Shown here piece by piece: positions 29,473-39,464 of a stretch of 48,732 nucleotides of DNA. The position numbers and the translations under genes were made by a program. How positions within the stretch are numbered: the first letter of the stretch is position 1; the number at the start of each line of letters is the position of its first letter. Source of the DNA: a virus. Lineage: Duplodnaviria; Heunggongvirae; Uroviricota; Caudoviricetes. Under the pieces are notes generated by a model that was given only the letters and a program-made list of their open reading frames with translations, was not told where the DNA came from and did not search any database. The stretch covers positions 1 through 48,732 of IMG/VR virus record IMGVR_UViG_2541047965_000007; one strand, 5' to 3'.

Positions 29473-30398
29473 GCACGCACTCCGTACACGGCAGAACTAT
29501 CCACGCCACGCGAAGGATCAAATCCCACCCAGCAGCGCGGCCCGGAAACAGCGATGATTTCTGTTGCAGATTTACTCTCACCAGCTGCTACACCGATGCT
29601 GCGTTTTGCCTTGATGTAGTGGTGAGTAAAATTGCGATACAGCGAACGGATCAGGGATGTATCACTGTTAGAAACAATGACCGGATGTCCTTCTGATGAC
29701 CGATGTTCAAGAACGGATGCCAGGTGATACTGGTCATCTTCAGTGAAACCATCAGTGTGATAGCCGGAAAACGTACCGTCATACGGCGGATCGCAATACA
29801 CCACATCCCCCACCTGCAGCATCGCCAGCGTTTCATCAAAGCTTGCGCAGATAAACGTTGCACGCTGGGCTTTCTCTGCAAATGCGCGAATTTCTTTTTC
29901 AGGGAAATACGGATTTTTATAATTACCGTACGGAATGTTGAAATGCCCGCTCTTGTTATAGCGACATAATCCACGGTAACCATGACGATTGAGATACAGG
30001 AAATATACCGCTTTCATGAAATCAGTAATTTCAGTGGAGTAATTAAACTCCTGCCTTATGTTGTAATAAGCCACCTCCCTGTTTGCGATCTCAAATAAAA
30101 CTCTGGCGCGAGATATAAACGATTCACAATCAGCGGCAACCTTTTTATAGAGGTTGATTAAATCAGGATTAATATCCGCAACCAGATAGCTGGGGTAATC
30201 CGTCTCCATCATCACAGCACAGGAACCCGCGAAAGGTTCAACCAGTCGCGGGCCAGCAGGAAGGTGTTTTTTCAGTTCGGACATAATGGCGGTTTTATTT
30301 CCCGCCCATTTCAGGATGGTGCTCATACAGCACCTCCTGCAATAACATATCCTAAAGCTTCTAATGGGGTTAATGGGCGAATTGATAGCATCACCCAT
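29469..30398 (-). CDS. DNA N6-adenine methyltransferase (Dam-like)
   Basis: 309-aa ORF with DPPY motif ([11 protein letters not shown]). Confidence 0.8.
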
Positions 30399-30625
30399 TG
30401 TTCTGAAACTGCCATGACGTCATTAACCGGAAGCACATGAGAGATAACAGCGGCCCATTCCCTACCCGTAAATACGCCATGCTTCCATTCGCAGAGAGAA
30501 AGAACATCACCAACTTTATAGCCACGATCGTCTTTACGAAGTTCAGCCGTCTTTTGACCTGCAACCACAGCGTTGAAATACTTAGGTGCAATTTTTAATT
30601 GATGGATACGCACTGCCCTTGTCAT
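30323..30625 (-). CDS. hypothetical protein (start at internal Met)
   Basis: ORF in the early operon; start chosen so that it abuts the upstream gene. Confidence 0.5.
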
Positions 30626-30849
30626 ACAGCACCTCCGTTGTAGTGCTTGCCTTTCAGCTCTGCGATTTCCTGACAGGTAATGCAAAGCTGCACACCCGGA
30701 ATGGCGCGGCGTCGTGCTGGCGGAATTGGCGCTTCACATTCAATGCAAAGTACGCGGGACACGCCCGGCGTTTTGGTACGGGCAGCACGGATATGGCGCT
30801 GGCGTTCTTCTTCAACGCGCTGCTGTACGAGATCCATTGCATCAGCCAT
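30622..30849 (-). CDS. TraR/DksA-type C4 zinc-finger protein
   Basis: 75-aa ORF with CIECEAPIP ... CITCQ. Confidence 0.7.
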
Positions 30850-31088
30850 TAGTGGACCTCCTGCGCTTCGTTCTGGATTGCTTCAGCGGTCACACGCAGC
30901 AGTTCTGCTGCTTCGACGTGGTTTAGCTGGCGGGATGTAATATGACACGCAAGGCTATCAAGGCGGGCAGCCATTGCCTCAGCCCTTGCCCGACGTTCTT
31001 CCAGACGAGCCTCTGTCAGTAAAATATTAAGTCCTGCGTCATCCGGTCCGCTTTTAGTCGAGAGGGTTTCAATATTACGCATAATCAA
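30849..31088 (-). CDS. hypothetical early-operon protein
   Basis: 79-aa ORF, start/stop overlap with neighbours. Confidence 0.5.
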   Translation of the reverse strand: MIMRNIETLSTKSGPDDAGLNILLTEARLEERRARAEAMAARLDSLACHITSRQLNHVEAAELLRVTAEAIQNEAQEVH

Positions 31089-31149
31089 TTCTCCTGAATT
31101 TAGATAAAGAAATGCCCGGCGGGTTTACGCCATGAATTTCATTAATTGG

Positions 31150-31491
31150 TTAATTCGGCATGGCTAGCCGTCTGGGAAATAAGCTCACCACTGCACGAAG
31201 ATGATTCATTACTTTAATCAACTCCCGCTTTTCGTCAGTGGTCAGTTCATTAATGCTGATGCTATGACGTTCAGCTGGAATTTTTGCTATAAAGAATATA
31301 GCAGCCAGTGCCCGTTTATTTCGTTCATAATTAACATCCCGTGGATCACGTATATCTTTAATAAACCGCTCAAGCTCTGACTCAATATTCAGGCCAAATA
31401 CTTTCGCCCTTAATTCCGCAATATGATTAAGTCCATTCAGGCGTTCACCTGGGCTTAATGGAACAGTCGCCGCAGCGCCATTAATTGCCAT
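31150..31491 (-). CDS. hypothetical early-operon protein
   Basis: 113-aa ORF. Confidence 0.5.
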   Translation of the reverse strand: MAINGAAATVPLSPGERLNGLNHIAELRAKVFGLNIESELERFIKDIRDPRDVNYERNKRALAAIFFIAKIPAERHSISINELTTDEKRELIKVMNHLRAVVSLFPRRLAMPN

Positions 31492-31513
31492 AATTCATAT
31501 CCCCAAAACGCAA

Positions 31514-31738
31514 CTATCGCTCTTTGTTCTTACGGTAACGCTCAAGAGGAGATATATTTTTTCGTATCATCTCTTTAACCTGCTCTCCCCGTAAAAACGT
31601 CCCATCCTTTAGCGTGAAAAAGTAACTGCCATCGCCCGACAACGACGGATAACAACAGAGCAAATCATCTTCAGGTACTGAATAACTCTCCCCTCTGTAA
31701 CGAAACTGATAAACCACTTCACTTTCCGCTGCATACAT
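31514..31738 (-). CDS. hypothetical early-operon protein
   Basis: 74-aa ORF; overlaps an alternative-frame ORF (31609..31935). Confidence 0.45.
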   Translation of the reverse strand: MYAAESEVVYQFRYRGESYSVPEDDLLCCYPSLSGDGSYFFTLKDGTFLRGEQVKEMIRKNISPLERYRKNKER

Positions 31739-31912
31739 TTTGACTTTCTCCGTTTCCCCGTGGTCAATTCAGACAGCAATTCATCTTGTGAACGGCACGG
31801 ATGCCAGCGTTTACCATCCTCACCTATGATCCAGCCGTGACCGTAGTGCATTGCCGGGCTTTGTTTTACCAGCAGCGATGCAAATGATGGTTCTTTCGTC
31901 AGCATAAGCACC

Positions 31913-32422
31913 TCACAGCAAACCGAATGAAGCACCGAGGCCAGTCACGGTATCAACTGCACTCGCCATCGCAGGATTAGCCTGTAAACGGGCCTGTAAT
32001 GAAACAGCCGCCAGCGCCATCAATCGTGTTACAGAGTTAATGCTGCTGATAGCATCACGACGACCTGCACTGGTTTTTACATCGCCAGATACCGCACCTG
32101 CAGCAACACGCCCGATCTCTGCGGTTGCACTCATGACGTAATGTGGCAGTTTCTCTTTTGCCACCTCATTAATTGGTACGCATGGCAGGCAGTGAATCTG
32201 TGCCAGAAAGCCATCTACCAGCGTTGAATCTTCAGTCAGATCGGTGAGCAACCAGATTTCTGGCGCTGTGAGCTGATGCGGTTGATCTGGGTTGAGTTTG
32301 TTTCGCAGTGTCTGAACATTCATTCCTGCACGTTCTGCCAGCTTCGCCATATTGTGGCGTAGTGCAAAAGCTCTACAGGCTTCATCAAAATGCGGATGTT
32401 TGGAAATCTTGTAATCAAACAT
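31913..32422 (-). CDS. cII: CII-like lysogeny-establishment regulator (186 type)
   Basis: 169-aa ORF (the length I recall for 186 CII), recognised sequence pattern, position after apl. Confidence 0.8.
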   Translation of the reverse strand: MFDYKISKHPHFDEACRAFALRHNMAKLAERAGMNVQTLRNKLNPDQPHQLTAPEIWLLTDLTEDSTLVDGFLAQIHCLPCVPINEVAKEKLPHYVMSATAEIGRVAAGAVSGDVKTSAGRRDAISSINSVTRLMALAAVSLQARLQANPAMASAVDTVTGLGASFGLL

Positions 32423-32454
32423 GCTGCCCCCTTAGAAAGTTCTCATAATTGAAC

Positions 32455-32703
32455 TTAGCCACCAACGATGACATTAAAATTGAAATTGGATTGGCCCATG
32501 TTTTTCCTGACTTGTTCCTTTTTGTACTCAAGGTAACGTATACATACTCTGTCTTTCGGTTTTTCCTTTTTTTCCAAGAATTTAGCGAGCTTACCATTAT
32601 GAATCATTTGATATACCGAACCGCGAGAGCGGCCTTCCCATTCCGCGAACTCTGCAGGTGTTGCCATCACTTTTGGTACACGAATTGAAATGTCGTTGCT
32701 CAT
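32455..32703 (-). CDS. apl: Apl/Cox-like excisionase-repressor
   Basis: 82-aa HTH protein, first gene of the rightward (lytic) operon, divergent from cI. Confidence 0.6.
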   Translation of the reverse strand: MSNDISIRVPKVMATPAEFAEWEGRSRGSVYQMIHNGKLAKFLEKKEKPKDRVCIRYLEYKKEQVRKNMGQSNFNFNVIVGG

Positions 32704-32822
32704 AGTGCAGTATCTCTCGATTAAGGTTTGGTTTATGTCGTTTTATCTTGTTTTATTAGATTCAATATTTGATACATCGAGATACTACGATCCAATATTT
32801 GATACGTCAATAGGATTAAGAA
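32704..32822. promoter_or_regulatory. lysis-lysogeny switch region (divergent promoters, putative operators)
   Basis: Intergenic between apl and cI; direct repeats ttcaatatttgatacatcga (32761..32780) and tccaatatttgatacgtcaa (32791..32810) spaced 30 bp. Confidence 0.5.
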
Positions 32823-33455
32823 ATGATACAAGTAAAAGCTGGCGAGAATACAGGGGGAAGAGAGGCTATCCATAGACTAATGGCAGCCTATGATTTCAAG
32901 TCCAGACAGCAACTTTGCGATCACTTAGGCGCATCAAAAAGCACTATGGCAAACAGATACTTAAGAGATAGCTTTCCCGCAGAGTGGGTGATTCAGTGCG
33001 CCTTGGAAACAGGAGTTTCTTTACTGTGGCTAACCACCGGACAAGGCGAGCCAGGTTCAAACATTGACCCTAAAAAAAATATCAATTCTGTGAACTTCAG
33101 CAGGGTTAAACCTCTTTCTGAGCTTGTATCTCCTGAAATTGACAAGGCAACTCTCAACGGTGGTTTATTGGTCGATGCTGGAAAAGCAATCATTGATAGC
33201 AGCATACTCCCCTCAGACTCAAGCAACCTGCTGCTGGTGAGTACTTCTGGTGATTCTTATTTAATAGATCGCAACCAAACACCACCAGTAAATGGTACGT
33301 GGTTAGTGGACATCGACGGGATAAAGAGCATTGTAAAATTGACACGACTCCCGGGAAACAGATTAGTAGTGCATCAGGATGATTCATCGTTTGAGTGCGA
33401 ACTGGATGATATTGAGGTAATAGGTCGCGCACTGAAAATCATTAAGAGCCTTTGA
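32823..33455 (+). CDS. cI: CI immunity repressor (possible true start at Met20, 32880)
   Basis: N-terminal HTH, C-terminal domain; located between the switch and int as in 186. Confidence 0.75.
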   Translation: MIQVKAGENTGGREAIHRLMAAYDFKSRQQLCDHLGASKSTMANRYLRDSFPAEWVIQCALETGVSLLWLTTGQGEPGSNIDPKKNINSVNFSRVKPLSELVSPEIDKATLNGGLLVDAGKAIIDSSILPSDSSNLLLVSTSGDSYLIDRNQTPPVNGTWLVDIDGIKSIVKLTRLPGNRLVVHQDDSSFECELDDIEVIGRALKIIKSL

Positions 33456-33456
33456 T

Positions 33457-34482
33457 ATGACCATCAGAAAACAGCCGAACGGAAAGTGGTTATGTGAATG
33501 CTACCCAAACGGGAGAGATGGCAAACGCGTACGCAAACAATTTGCGACGAAAGGCGAAGCCATTGCGTTTGAGAATTTCACCATGGATGAGGTAAACAAG
33601 AAACCTTGGCTGGGAGAAAAGGAAGATCGGCGACAACTGTCAGAAGTGATTGAGCAATGGTATTCCCTGTACGGTCAGACACTCGCTGACCCTAAGCGAT
33701 TAATGGCTAAGTTAAAAATCATTTGTAATGGACTTGGCGATCCCATCGCTTCTGAATTGACAGCAGGTGATTTCACAAAGTACCGGGAAGCCAGATTAAA
33801 AGGTGAGGTCAAAAACGAAGATGGCGTGCTCATGTCACCGGTTAAGCCCAGAACGGTGAACCTTGAACAGCGTAACCTATCCTCAGTTTTTGGCACACTG
33901 AAAAAGCTGGGACATTGGTCTGCACCCAACCCCCTCGCCGGTCTGCCAACTTTCAAAATTGCAGAAGGTGAACTGGCGTTCCTTGCTGCTGATGAAATCA
34001 AACGCCTGCTTGACGCATGTGCTGAATCTCAAAGTCCCAGTCTGCTAATGATTGCCAAGATTTGCCTGGCTACCGGGGCAAGATGGAGCGAAGCCGAAAA
34101 CCTGCAAGGTAATCAGATATCAAAGTATCGAATTACCTATACCAAAACAAAAGGAAAGAAAAACCGAACGGTTCCTATTTCTCAGGAACTGTATGAAGAA
34201 TTACCCAAAAACAGAGGAAAGTTATTCACACCATGCCGAAAGGCTTTTGAGCGTGCGGTAAAACGGGCTGGAATTGAACTACCTGAAGGTCAATGTACCC
34301 ACGTTCTGCGCCACACTTTCGCCAGCCACTTTATGATGAACGGCGGAAACATTTTGGTATTGAGGGATATTTTAGGACACGCTGATATTAAAATGACCAT
34401 GATTTATGCCCATTTTGCACCGGATCATCTGGAAGATGCCGTTACCAAAAATCCACTTCATAACCTCAACTGGCATCGCTAA
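33457..34482 (+). CDS. int: tyrosine integrase (P2/186 type)
   Basis: 341-aa ORF with C-terminal HxxR...Y catalytic region (VLRHTFASHF ... MIYAHF); adjacent to att core. Confidence 0.9.
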   Translation: MTIRKQPNGKWLCECYPNGRDGKRVRKQFATKGEAIAFENFTMDEVNKKPWLGEKEDRRQLSEVIEQWYSLYGQTLADPKRLMAKLKIICNGLGDPIASELTAGDFTKYREARLKGEVKNEDGVLMSPVKPRTVNLEQRNLSSVFGTLKKLGHWSAPNPLAGLPTFKIAEGELAFLAADEIKRLLDACAESQSPSLLMIAKICLATGARWSEAENLQGNQISKYRITYTKTKGKKNRTVPISQELYEELPKNRGKLFTPCRKAFERAVKRAGIELPEGQCTHVLRHTFASHFMMNGGNILVLRDILGHADIKMTMIYAHFAPDHLEDAVTKNPLHNLNWHR

Positions 34483-34599
34483 TAAATGGCGGCATTTTGG
34501 CGGCAGAACACTAAAAACAAGTAAAACAAGCAAATACAGATTAACACTAACATTATGATTTAAAATAAAAAAATATGATTTTGTTAGTATAAAAATGGT

Positions 34600-34644
34600 A
34601 TGTAGGAATTTCGGACGCGGGTTCAACTCCCGCCAGCTCCACCA
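34600..34644. repeat. att core copy 2 (45-bp duplicate of the ssrA 3' end)
   Basis: Exact copy of 1015..1059; junction between prophage and satellite. Confidence 0.85.
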
Positions 34645-34677
34645 CTTGCTCTTCCGGATACGTCCGGAGAAATCCTG

Positions 34678-34714
34678 AAAGCCCGCATGGCACAAGCTTT
34701 GCGGGCTTTTTTGT
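34678..34714 (+). terminator. intrinsic terminator downstream of the second att core
   Basis: GCCCGCA ... TGCGGGC hairpin followed by TTTTTT. Confidence 0.5.
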
Positions 34715-34755
34715 GTCTACCGTTGTCCGAGGATATCCAGCTAAATCCAGTGATT

Positions 34756-34809
34756 ATTGGTATACGTTTAGGTATACGGTAGGATATATACCTAAACGCG
34801 TATACCAAT
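34756..34809. repeat. inverted repeat immediately upstream of intA (putative Int arm-type or operator sites)
   Basis: attggtatacgtttaggtatac and its near-perfect inverted copy; a third direct copy at 46977..46999. Confidence 0.6.
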
Positions 34810-34828
34810 TCATGAAGGAGCGGCCAAA

Positions 34829-36037
34829 GTGGCAAGAACGACACGCCCCCTGACCAACACAGAAGTTCTGCGCGCTAAAGCGTTAGAAAAGGATCTAACG
34901 TTGCATGATGGCGATGGTCTTTTTCTGCTCGTTAAAACGAACGGTAAGAAGTTATGGCGTTTCCGTTATCAACGTCCAGCAACAAAACAGCGAACAATGA
35001 TGGGGCTAGGTGCCTTCCCCACCCTTTCACTTGCTGACGCCCGACGGTTAAGAGCGAATTACCTTTCCTTGTTAGCCAACGGAATTGACCCGCAAATTCA
35101 AGCTGAAATTGCAGTGGAACAGCAGCAAATCGCACTGGACAGTATTTTTTCAACCGTCGCCGCTAACTGGTTCCAGCTTAAAAGCAAAAGCGTTACCCCT
35201 GATTACGCGAAAGACATTTGGCGTTCACTAGAAAAAGATGTATTCCCTGCCATCGGTGAGATCCCAGTTCAGCAAATCAAAGCCCGAATGCTTGTTGAAG
35301 CCCTAGAGCCTATCAAAGCACGTGGGGCACTAGAGACGGTACGTCGTCTGGTGCAGCGTATTAATGAGATAATGATTTACGCCGTAAACACAGGTCTGAT
35401 TGATACCAATCCAGCATCAGGTATTGGGATGGCCTTTGAGAAACCTAAAAAGCAAAACATGCCGACGCTCCGGCCAGAAGAATTACCGAAGCTGATGCGT
35501 TCTTTGATTATGTCTAATCTGTCTGTTCCGACACGTTGTCTTATTGAGTGGCAACTACTGACCCTTGTACGCCCTTCTGAAGCCTCTGGTACTCGGTGGG
35601 CAGAGATCAATCTCGATGCAAAGCTCTGGACGATTCCAGCCGAACGGATGAAGGCCAAACGTGAGCACATTGTTCCTCTATCTCCTCAGGCATTAGAAAT
35701 TCTGGAAGTGATGAAACCAATCAGTGCTCATCGTGAACATGTTTTTCCGAGCAGAAATGACCCAAAGCAAGCAATGAATAGCCAGACTGCAAATGCTGCT
35801 TTAAAGAGAATTGGATATGGTGGTAAATTAGTAGCTCATGGTTTACGGGCAATTGCTAGTACATGTATGAATGAAGCAGAATTTAATCCTGATGTGATTG
35901 AAGCTGCATTAGCTCATATTGAAAGTAATGATGTTAGAAAAGCCTATAACCGCTCAACCTATCTAGAGCATCGAAAAGAATTGATGAACTGGTGGGGTAT
36001 GCATTGCACTTCTGCAAAAAATGGGATTGTTAGATAG
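34829..36037 (+). CDS. intA: P4-type tyrosine integrase (GTG start)
   Basis: 402-aa ORF recognised as P4/CP4-57-type integrase; SD aaggag 7 nt upstream of GTG. Confidence 0.9.
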   Translation: MARTTRPLTNTEVLRAKALEKDLTLHDGDGLFLLVKTNGKKLWRFRYQRPATKQRTMMGLGAFPTLSLADARRLRANYLSLLANGIDPQIQAEIAVEQQQIALDSIFSTVAANWFQLKSKSVTPDYAKDIWRSLEKDVFPAIGEIPVQQIKARMLVEALEPIKARGALETVRRLVQRINEIMIYAVNTGLIDTNPASGIGMAFEKPKKQNMPTLRPEELPKLMRSLIMSNLSVPTRCLIEWQLLTLVRPSEASGTRWAEINLDAKLWTIPAERMKAKREHIVPLSPQALEILEVMKPISAHREHVFPSRNDPKQAMNSQTANAALKRIGYGGKLVAHGLRAIASTCMNEAEFNPDVIEAALAHIESNDVRKAYNRSTYLEHRKELMNWWGMHCTSAKNGIVR

Positions 36038-36078
36038 CAGCATCTTTTTGACTCAATTCTACATAAATGGAGTAATAA

Positions 36079-36441
36079 ATGGATCTTAGTTTCTTTAAGA
36101 GCAGCTTGAAATACAATGCAACAGCAACGATTTTCTGTGTTTTTGCATTATATTTATCAATGCCTATTTTCGAAAATGTTAATTTCATATCGAGCCATCC
36201 AATTATCGTCTCAGTACTATTTACTTTACTTGTAAATTCTTTACTTTTAATAATTTACTGGACATCCCATACAAAAAAAACAAATTCAAAGTCGGGTGTA
36301 AAAGGAAACAAAATAATCGGAAACAAGGCAAAAAACATTAACATACTTTCCAATGGAGAAATAACTAAAAACATCGTCAGTAATAATGATAGTAATGGTG
36401 ACATTAATATTGGGCAGGTCTTCAAAAATGGAAAAAAATGA
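36079..36441 (+). CDS. small membrane protein with two TM helices and Asn/Lys-rich repeats; probably the N-terminal part of a frameshifted gene
   Basis: SD ggag upstream; hydrophobic ATATIFCVFALYLSMPIF and IIVSVLFTLLVNSLLLIIYW; ends at TGA right after an A7 tract. Confidence 0.55.
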   Translation: MDLSFFKSSLKYNATATIFCVFALYLSMPIFENVNFISSHPIIVSVLFTLLVNSLLLIIYWTSHTKKTNSKSGVKGNKIIGNKAKNINILSNGEITKNIVSNNDSNGDINIGQVFKNGKK

Positions 36442-37009
36442 AAGCCTAGTCATTTCTGATAATGAAATAACTAATAATAATCCTGGGAGAGATCTGAACA
36501 TTGGGACACACATAAGTTTCAATGAGGTTAAGAATCGGAGCAATGCATTAGCAAATTTATTAGAACGTTCTAAAAAACTTTGTGAAACAGATCAAGAATA
36601 TAAATACATGCTCGAAGAGTTACAAGAGTATCTTCAGCCCCGTCCAGGTCGAAAAATCATAGGGTTAGAAGGAAAACTAAAAGAAGGCAATCGACTTGAT
36701 TTGTTAGAAGATGCAGCTTATTTAGAAAATAAGTTTGCAAGACGAGTTAGCAAGCATCAGTTTTCCATATCAGAAGAAATCATTTACTGTCATTGCTTAA
36801 GTAAAATAAACTCATCTTTTTCACAATATGTCAAACCACTGTTTAAAAACACAGTAAACACTGCTATAATTGACAGAGTCATTTATGACAGAATAGTTGA
36901 ACCTCTTTATGAAGAAGTGTCTGAAGTTAGTACCGCTATTTCTAGCGAATTAATTAGAGGCATGATTTTCTTCTTAACGGGTAAATGTCACTTACGGTGG
37001 GTTGGTTAA
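36428..37009 (+). CDS. hypothetical helical protein; probably the C-terminal part of the same frameshifted gene
   Basis: Begins with a repeat (SDNEITNNN...DLNIG) homologous to the end of the upstream ORF but in the +1 frame; stop overlaps next start (TAATG). Confidence 0.55.
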   Translation: MEKNESLVISDNEITNNNPGRDLNIGTHISFNEVKNRSNALANLLERSKKLCETDQEYKYMLEELQEYLQPRPGRKIIGLEGKLKEGNRLDLLEDAAYLENKFARRVSKHQFSISEEIIYCHCLSKINSSFSQYVKPLFKNTVNTAIIDRVIYDRIVEPLYEEVSEVSTAISSELIRGMIFFLTGKCHLRWVG

Positions 37010-37500
37010 TGATTATTTATCATCCATTTAAAGATGCAAACCATTGCTCATATCGTATTATAAGCTTGCTATATAAAAACAATAACAAGATTAGGGATGA
37101 GCACCTTAATTTTATGGATTTCTATTACCTTTTCCCTTGTCAAATAAAGAACATTGATGGATGGCCGCGTTCAAATTCGAAACTTGCACGCCGAATTTCT
37201 ACTATAGAGGACACTTATGAAACAATTGAAAATCCTCGTAGAATTTTCTTTGAATTAAATATAATACGTAGAAACACCTTAGCACATTTATTTTCGAAGG
37301 GCATTCTATCCTTGATAGATGAATATATCCACCTGAATATTGAAAGAATACCAACATCCCTGATTAATACGCTTGAAGCTGACACCTTTAGAGCCACCTT
37401 CGAATTTACTACCATTGCTAACGAAATACCCAAACTAGCAATCAAAGGTAAAAAAGGCCTTAAAGCAAAAACTAATTTAATGGAATATCGTTATGATTAA
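37009..37500 (+). CDS. hypothetical small protein (163 aa), middle component of the cargo operon
   Basis: Translationally coupled on both sides (TAATG at 37007..37011; ATGATTAA at 37493..37500). Confidence 0.6.
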   Translation: MIIYHPFKDANHCSYRIISLLYKNNNKIRDEHLNFMDFYYLFPCQIKNIDGWPRSNSKLARRISTIEDTYETIENPRRIFFELNIIRRNTLAHLFSKGILSLIDEYIHLNIERIPTSLINTLEADTFRATFEFTTIANEIPKLAIKGKKGLKAKTNLMEYRYD

Positions 37501-39412
37501 AAAACCGTCATATCTCAAGTTAAATAGATTAGTCATAACTAAGGCTGGTAAACAGTTATATGACGAAAAATTTCACGATGGTATAAACATAATCAGAGGG
37601 GAGCACTCTGTAGGAAAATCAACAATTTTAGATATGATTTTTTATATTTTAGGCGGAGAATTAAAAAAAGACGACTGGAAATATCCAGCCGATAAATGCT
37701 CGAATGTTAATGCAGAGATTACAATTAATGACCGCATTATTACCTTAACCAGGCCAGTGGATCCTAGTGGCGCAGCTCCTCATATTAAAATCTATGAAGG
37801 AGAGTATGATAAGGCAATGAAAGATGCAGATGGCTGGCTAGACTATGGCTCAAGGAGAAGCAATGAGCGATTAAGCTTCTCAGAAATGATGTTTGAACTT
37901 TTCGATTGGGGACAATATAAATCTGACAGCCATCAAAATTTAACCATGCATCAAATAATGCGACTCATTTATTTAAGTCAATCATCAGATTCTAACAGAA
38001 TATTTCGCAAAGAGTCTACTCGCTCTGACAATGAAAATACCAGGACAGCTATCGCTGAGTTTCTTTTCGGTCTCGATGATTTGGAAACTCACTCAGTTCG
38101 TCAAAATTTATTGAAGTATGAGAGAGATTATGAAAATACCGGAACAGAATTAAGAGCATATTTCGAGCTTTTAGGAAATGACTCTAATCTAACTGTTGAT
38201 ATAATTAACGAATTATTGAATGAAAAATACACTGAACTATCCAAAATAGACTCAAAGAAAGAAATTTTATTGCGTTCAACAGATAATATTGATGGTAACA
38301 ATGAATATAACCTAGCTATCGAACGCAATGACATCCTTTTAAAAATACAATCACTAACAAACAAAATATCACTTAAAAACAATGAGTTACATTCAATAAA
38401 GACCGAAATCCAGGACTGTTTGCTTTTTGGAAAAAATTTAGCATATCGTTTAAAATCTTTGAATGAATCACAAGAAACATATAAAGGCTTAGGTCGAATT
38501 TCTTTTGAATACTGCCCTTGTTGCTTAACACCAATATCAGAACACGATAACACTGATAGTGGTTGCGCACTTTGCAAATCAACAGTCAACAATTCCTCAT
38601 TAGAGGAAAAATATATTGAATCACTGAACGAACTGCAATATCAACAGCGTCAAAATAATAAAATTATAGAAAAACTATATAGTTCAGCAGAATATATAGA
38701 GGGCTATATTAAAGAGCTTCAAAAAGAGCTTGAAAGCTTACACAATAGATTGTTTGAAATCAATTTAGTCTCAAATTATCGAGAATTGGCTATAACTTCA
38801 ATCGTAGAAGAAAGAACTGCAAAATTAATTGAAATCAACTCCCTGCAAGATAAAATTGATTCAATAGCTAAAGTTGACGACTTAAAATCAAAACGTGAAG
38901 ACATCGCAAAGCAAATGGAAAAATTTCGTTCACGAATAACCGCTCTTGAAGCAAAAAACAAGCGCAGAAAAGAATATGTTTACTCAAAACTATCTGAATT
39001 TTCCACTTTTATTCTTGAAGGAGACTCGGGGAATGAAGAGCTATTTAAAACAGCAACTCAACTTTCCTCAGAGATTGACTTTGCAAAAGATCGCTGGCTT
39101 TTGAATGAACGGGTAAATTACTCAGATAGTTCAAACGTTGTCAAAAAAGCAGCTCTACATTTAGCATTTCTTATTTTTTCAATCGTTGATTCAGCTTGCC
39201 GATATCCTCGTTTTTCCATTATGGACTTCGAATGCGGGGATATAAATGAAGCTCGAAGCCATAACCTTCAAAAATTAATCACTACAAGCCTTAGTAACTT
39301 TAAAGGTTTTCAGCTTATTATGACTACATCTAAAATTGATTCATCTTTGAACAACAACACTTACGGGGTTGGTCGTTATTATGACAAAAATGACTACATT
39401 TTGAAGATTTGA
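37493..39412 (+). CDS. Rad50/SbcC/SMC-like ABC ATPase with coiled coil and Cys4 cluster
   Basis: Walker A GEHSVGKST at 37598..37624 in an SMC-head-like N-terminus; long Glu/Lys/Leu-rich middle; CPCC-x16-CALC at 38513..38575; C-terminal FSIMDFE Walker-B-like motif. Confidence 0.75.
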   Translation: MIKKPSYLKLNRLVITKAGKQLYDEKFHDGINIIRGEHSVGKSTILDMIFYILGGELKKDDWKYPADKCSNVNAEITINDRIITLTRPVDPSGAAPHIKIYEGEYDKAMKDADGWLDYGSRRSNERLSFSEMMFELFDWGQYKSDSHQNLTMHQIMRLIYLSQSSDSNRIFRKESTRSDNENTRTAIAEFLFGLDDLETHSVRQNLLKYERDYENTGTELRAYFELLGNDSNLTVDIINELLNEKYTELSKIDSKKEILLRSTDNIDGNNEYNLAIERNDILLKIQSLTNKISLKNNELHSIKTEIQDCLLFGKNLAYRLKSLNESQETYKGLGRISFEYCPCCLTPISEHDNTDSGCALCKSTVNNSSLEEKYIESLNELQYQQRQNNKIIEKLYSSAEYIEGYIKELQKELESLHNRLFEINLVSNYRELAITSIVEERTAKLIEINSLQDKIDSIAKVDDLKSKREDIAKQMEKFRSRITALEAKNKRRKEYVYSKLSEFSTFILEGDSGNEELFKTATQLSSEIDFAKDRWLLNERVNYSDSSNVVKKAALHLAFLIFSIVDSACRYPRFSIMDFECGDINEARSHNLQKLITTSLSNFKGFQLIMTTSKIDSSLNNNTYGVGRYYDKNDYILKI

Positions 39413-39464
39413 CAATACCGTTTACCCACATTGTCATTTAACGTAGTTATCTTCACAAATCTAA

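Larger units (their letters stand above)
1060..34644. mobile_element. P2/186-like prophage integrated at ssrA
   Basis: Bounded by the 45-bp direct repeats; contains a full P2-order late-gene cluster, cos-like sequence, replication gene A and a 186-type cII-apl-cI-int module. Confidence 0.9.

Noticed and set aside
36286-36543. Minus-strand ORFs inside the satellite cargo operon (36286..36543, 38128..38592, 38373..38582, 38776..38961)
   Set aside because: Antisense to the coupled plus-strand operon; no SD; AT-rich DNA gives long Ile/Leu/Phe/Ser-rich frames by chance.
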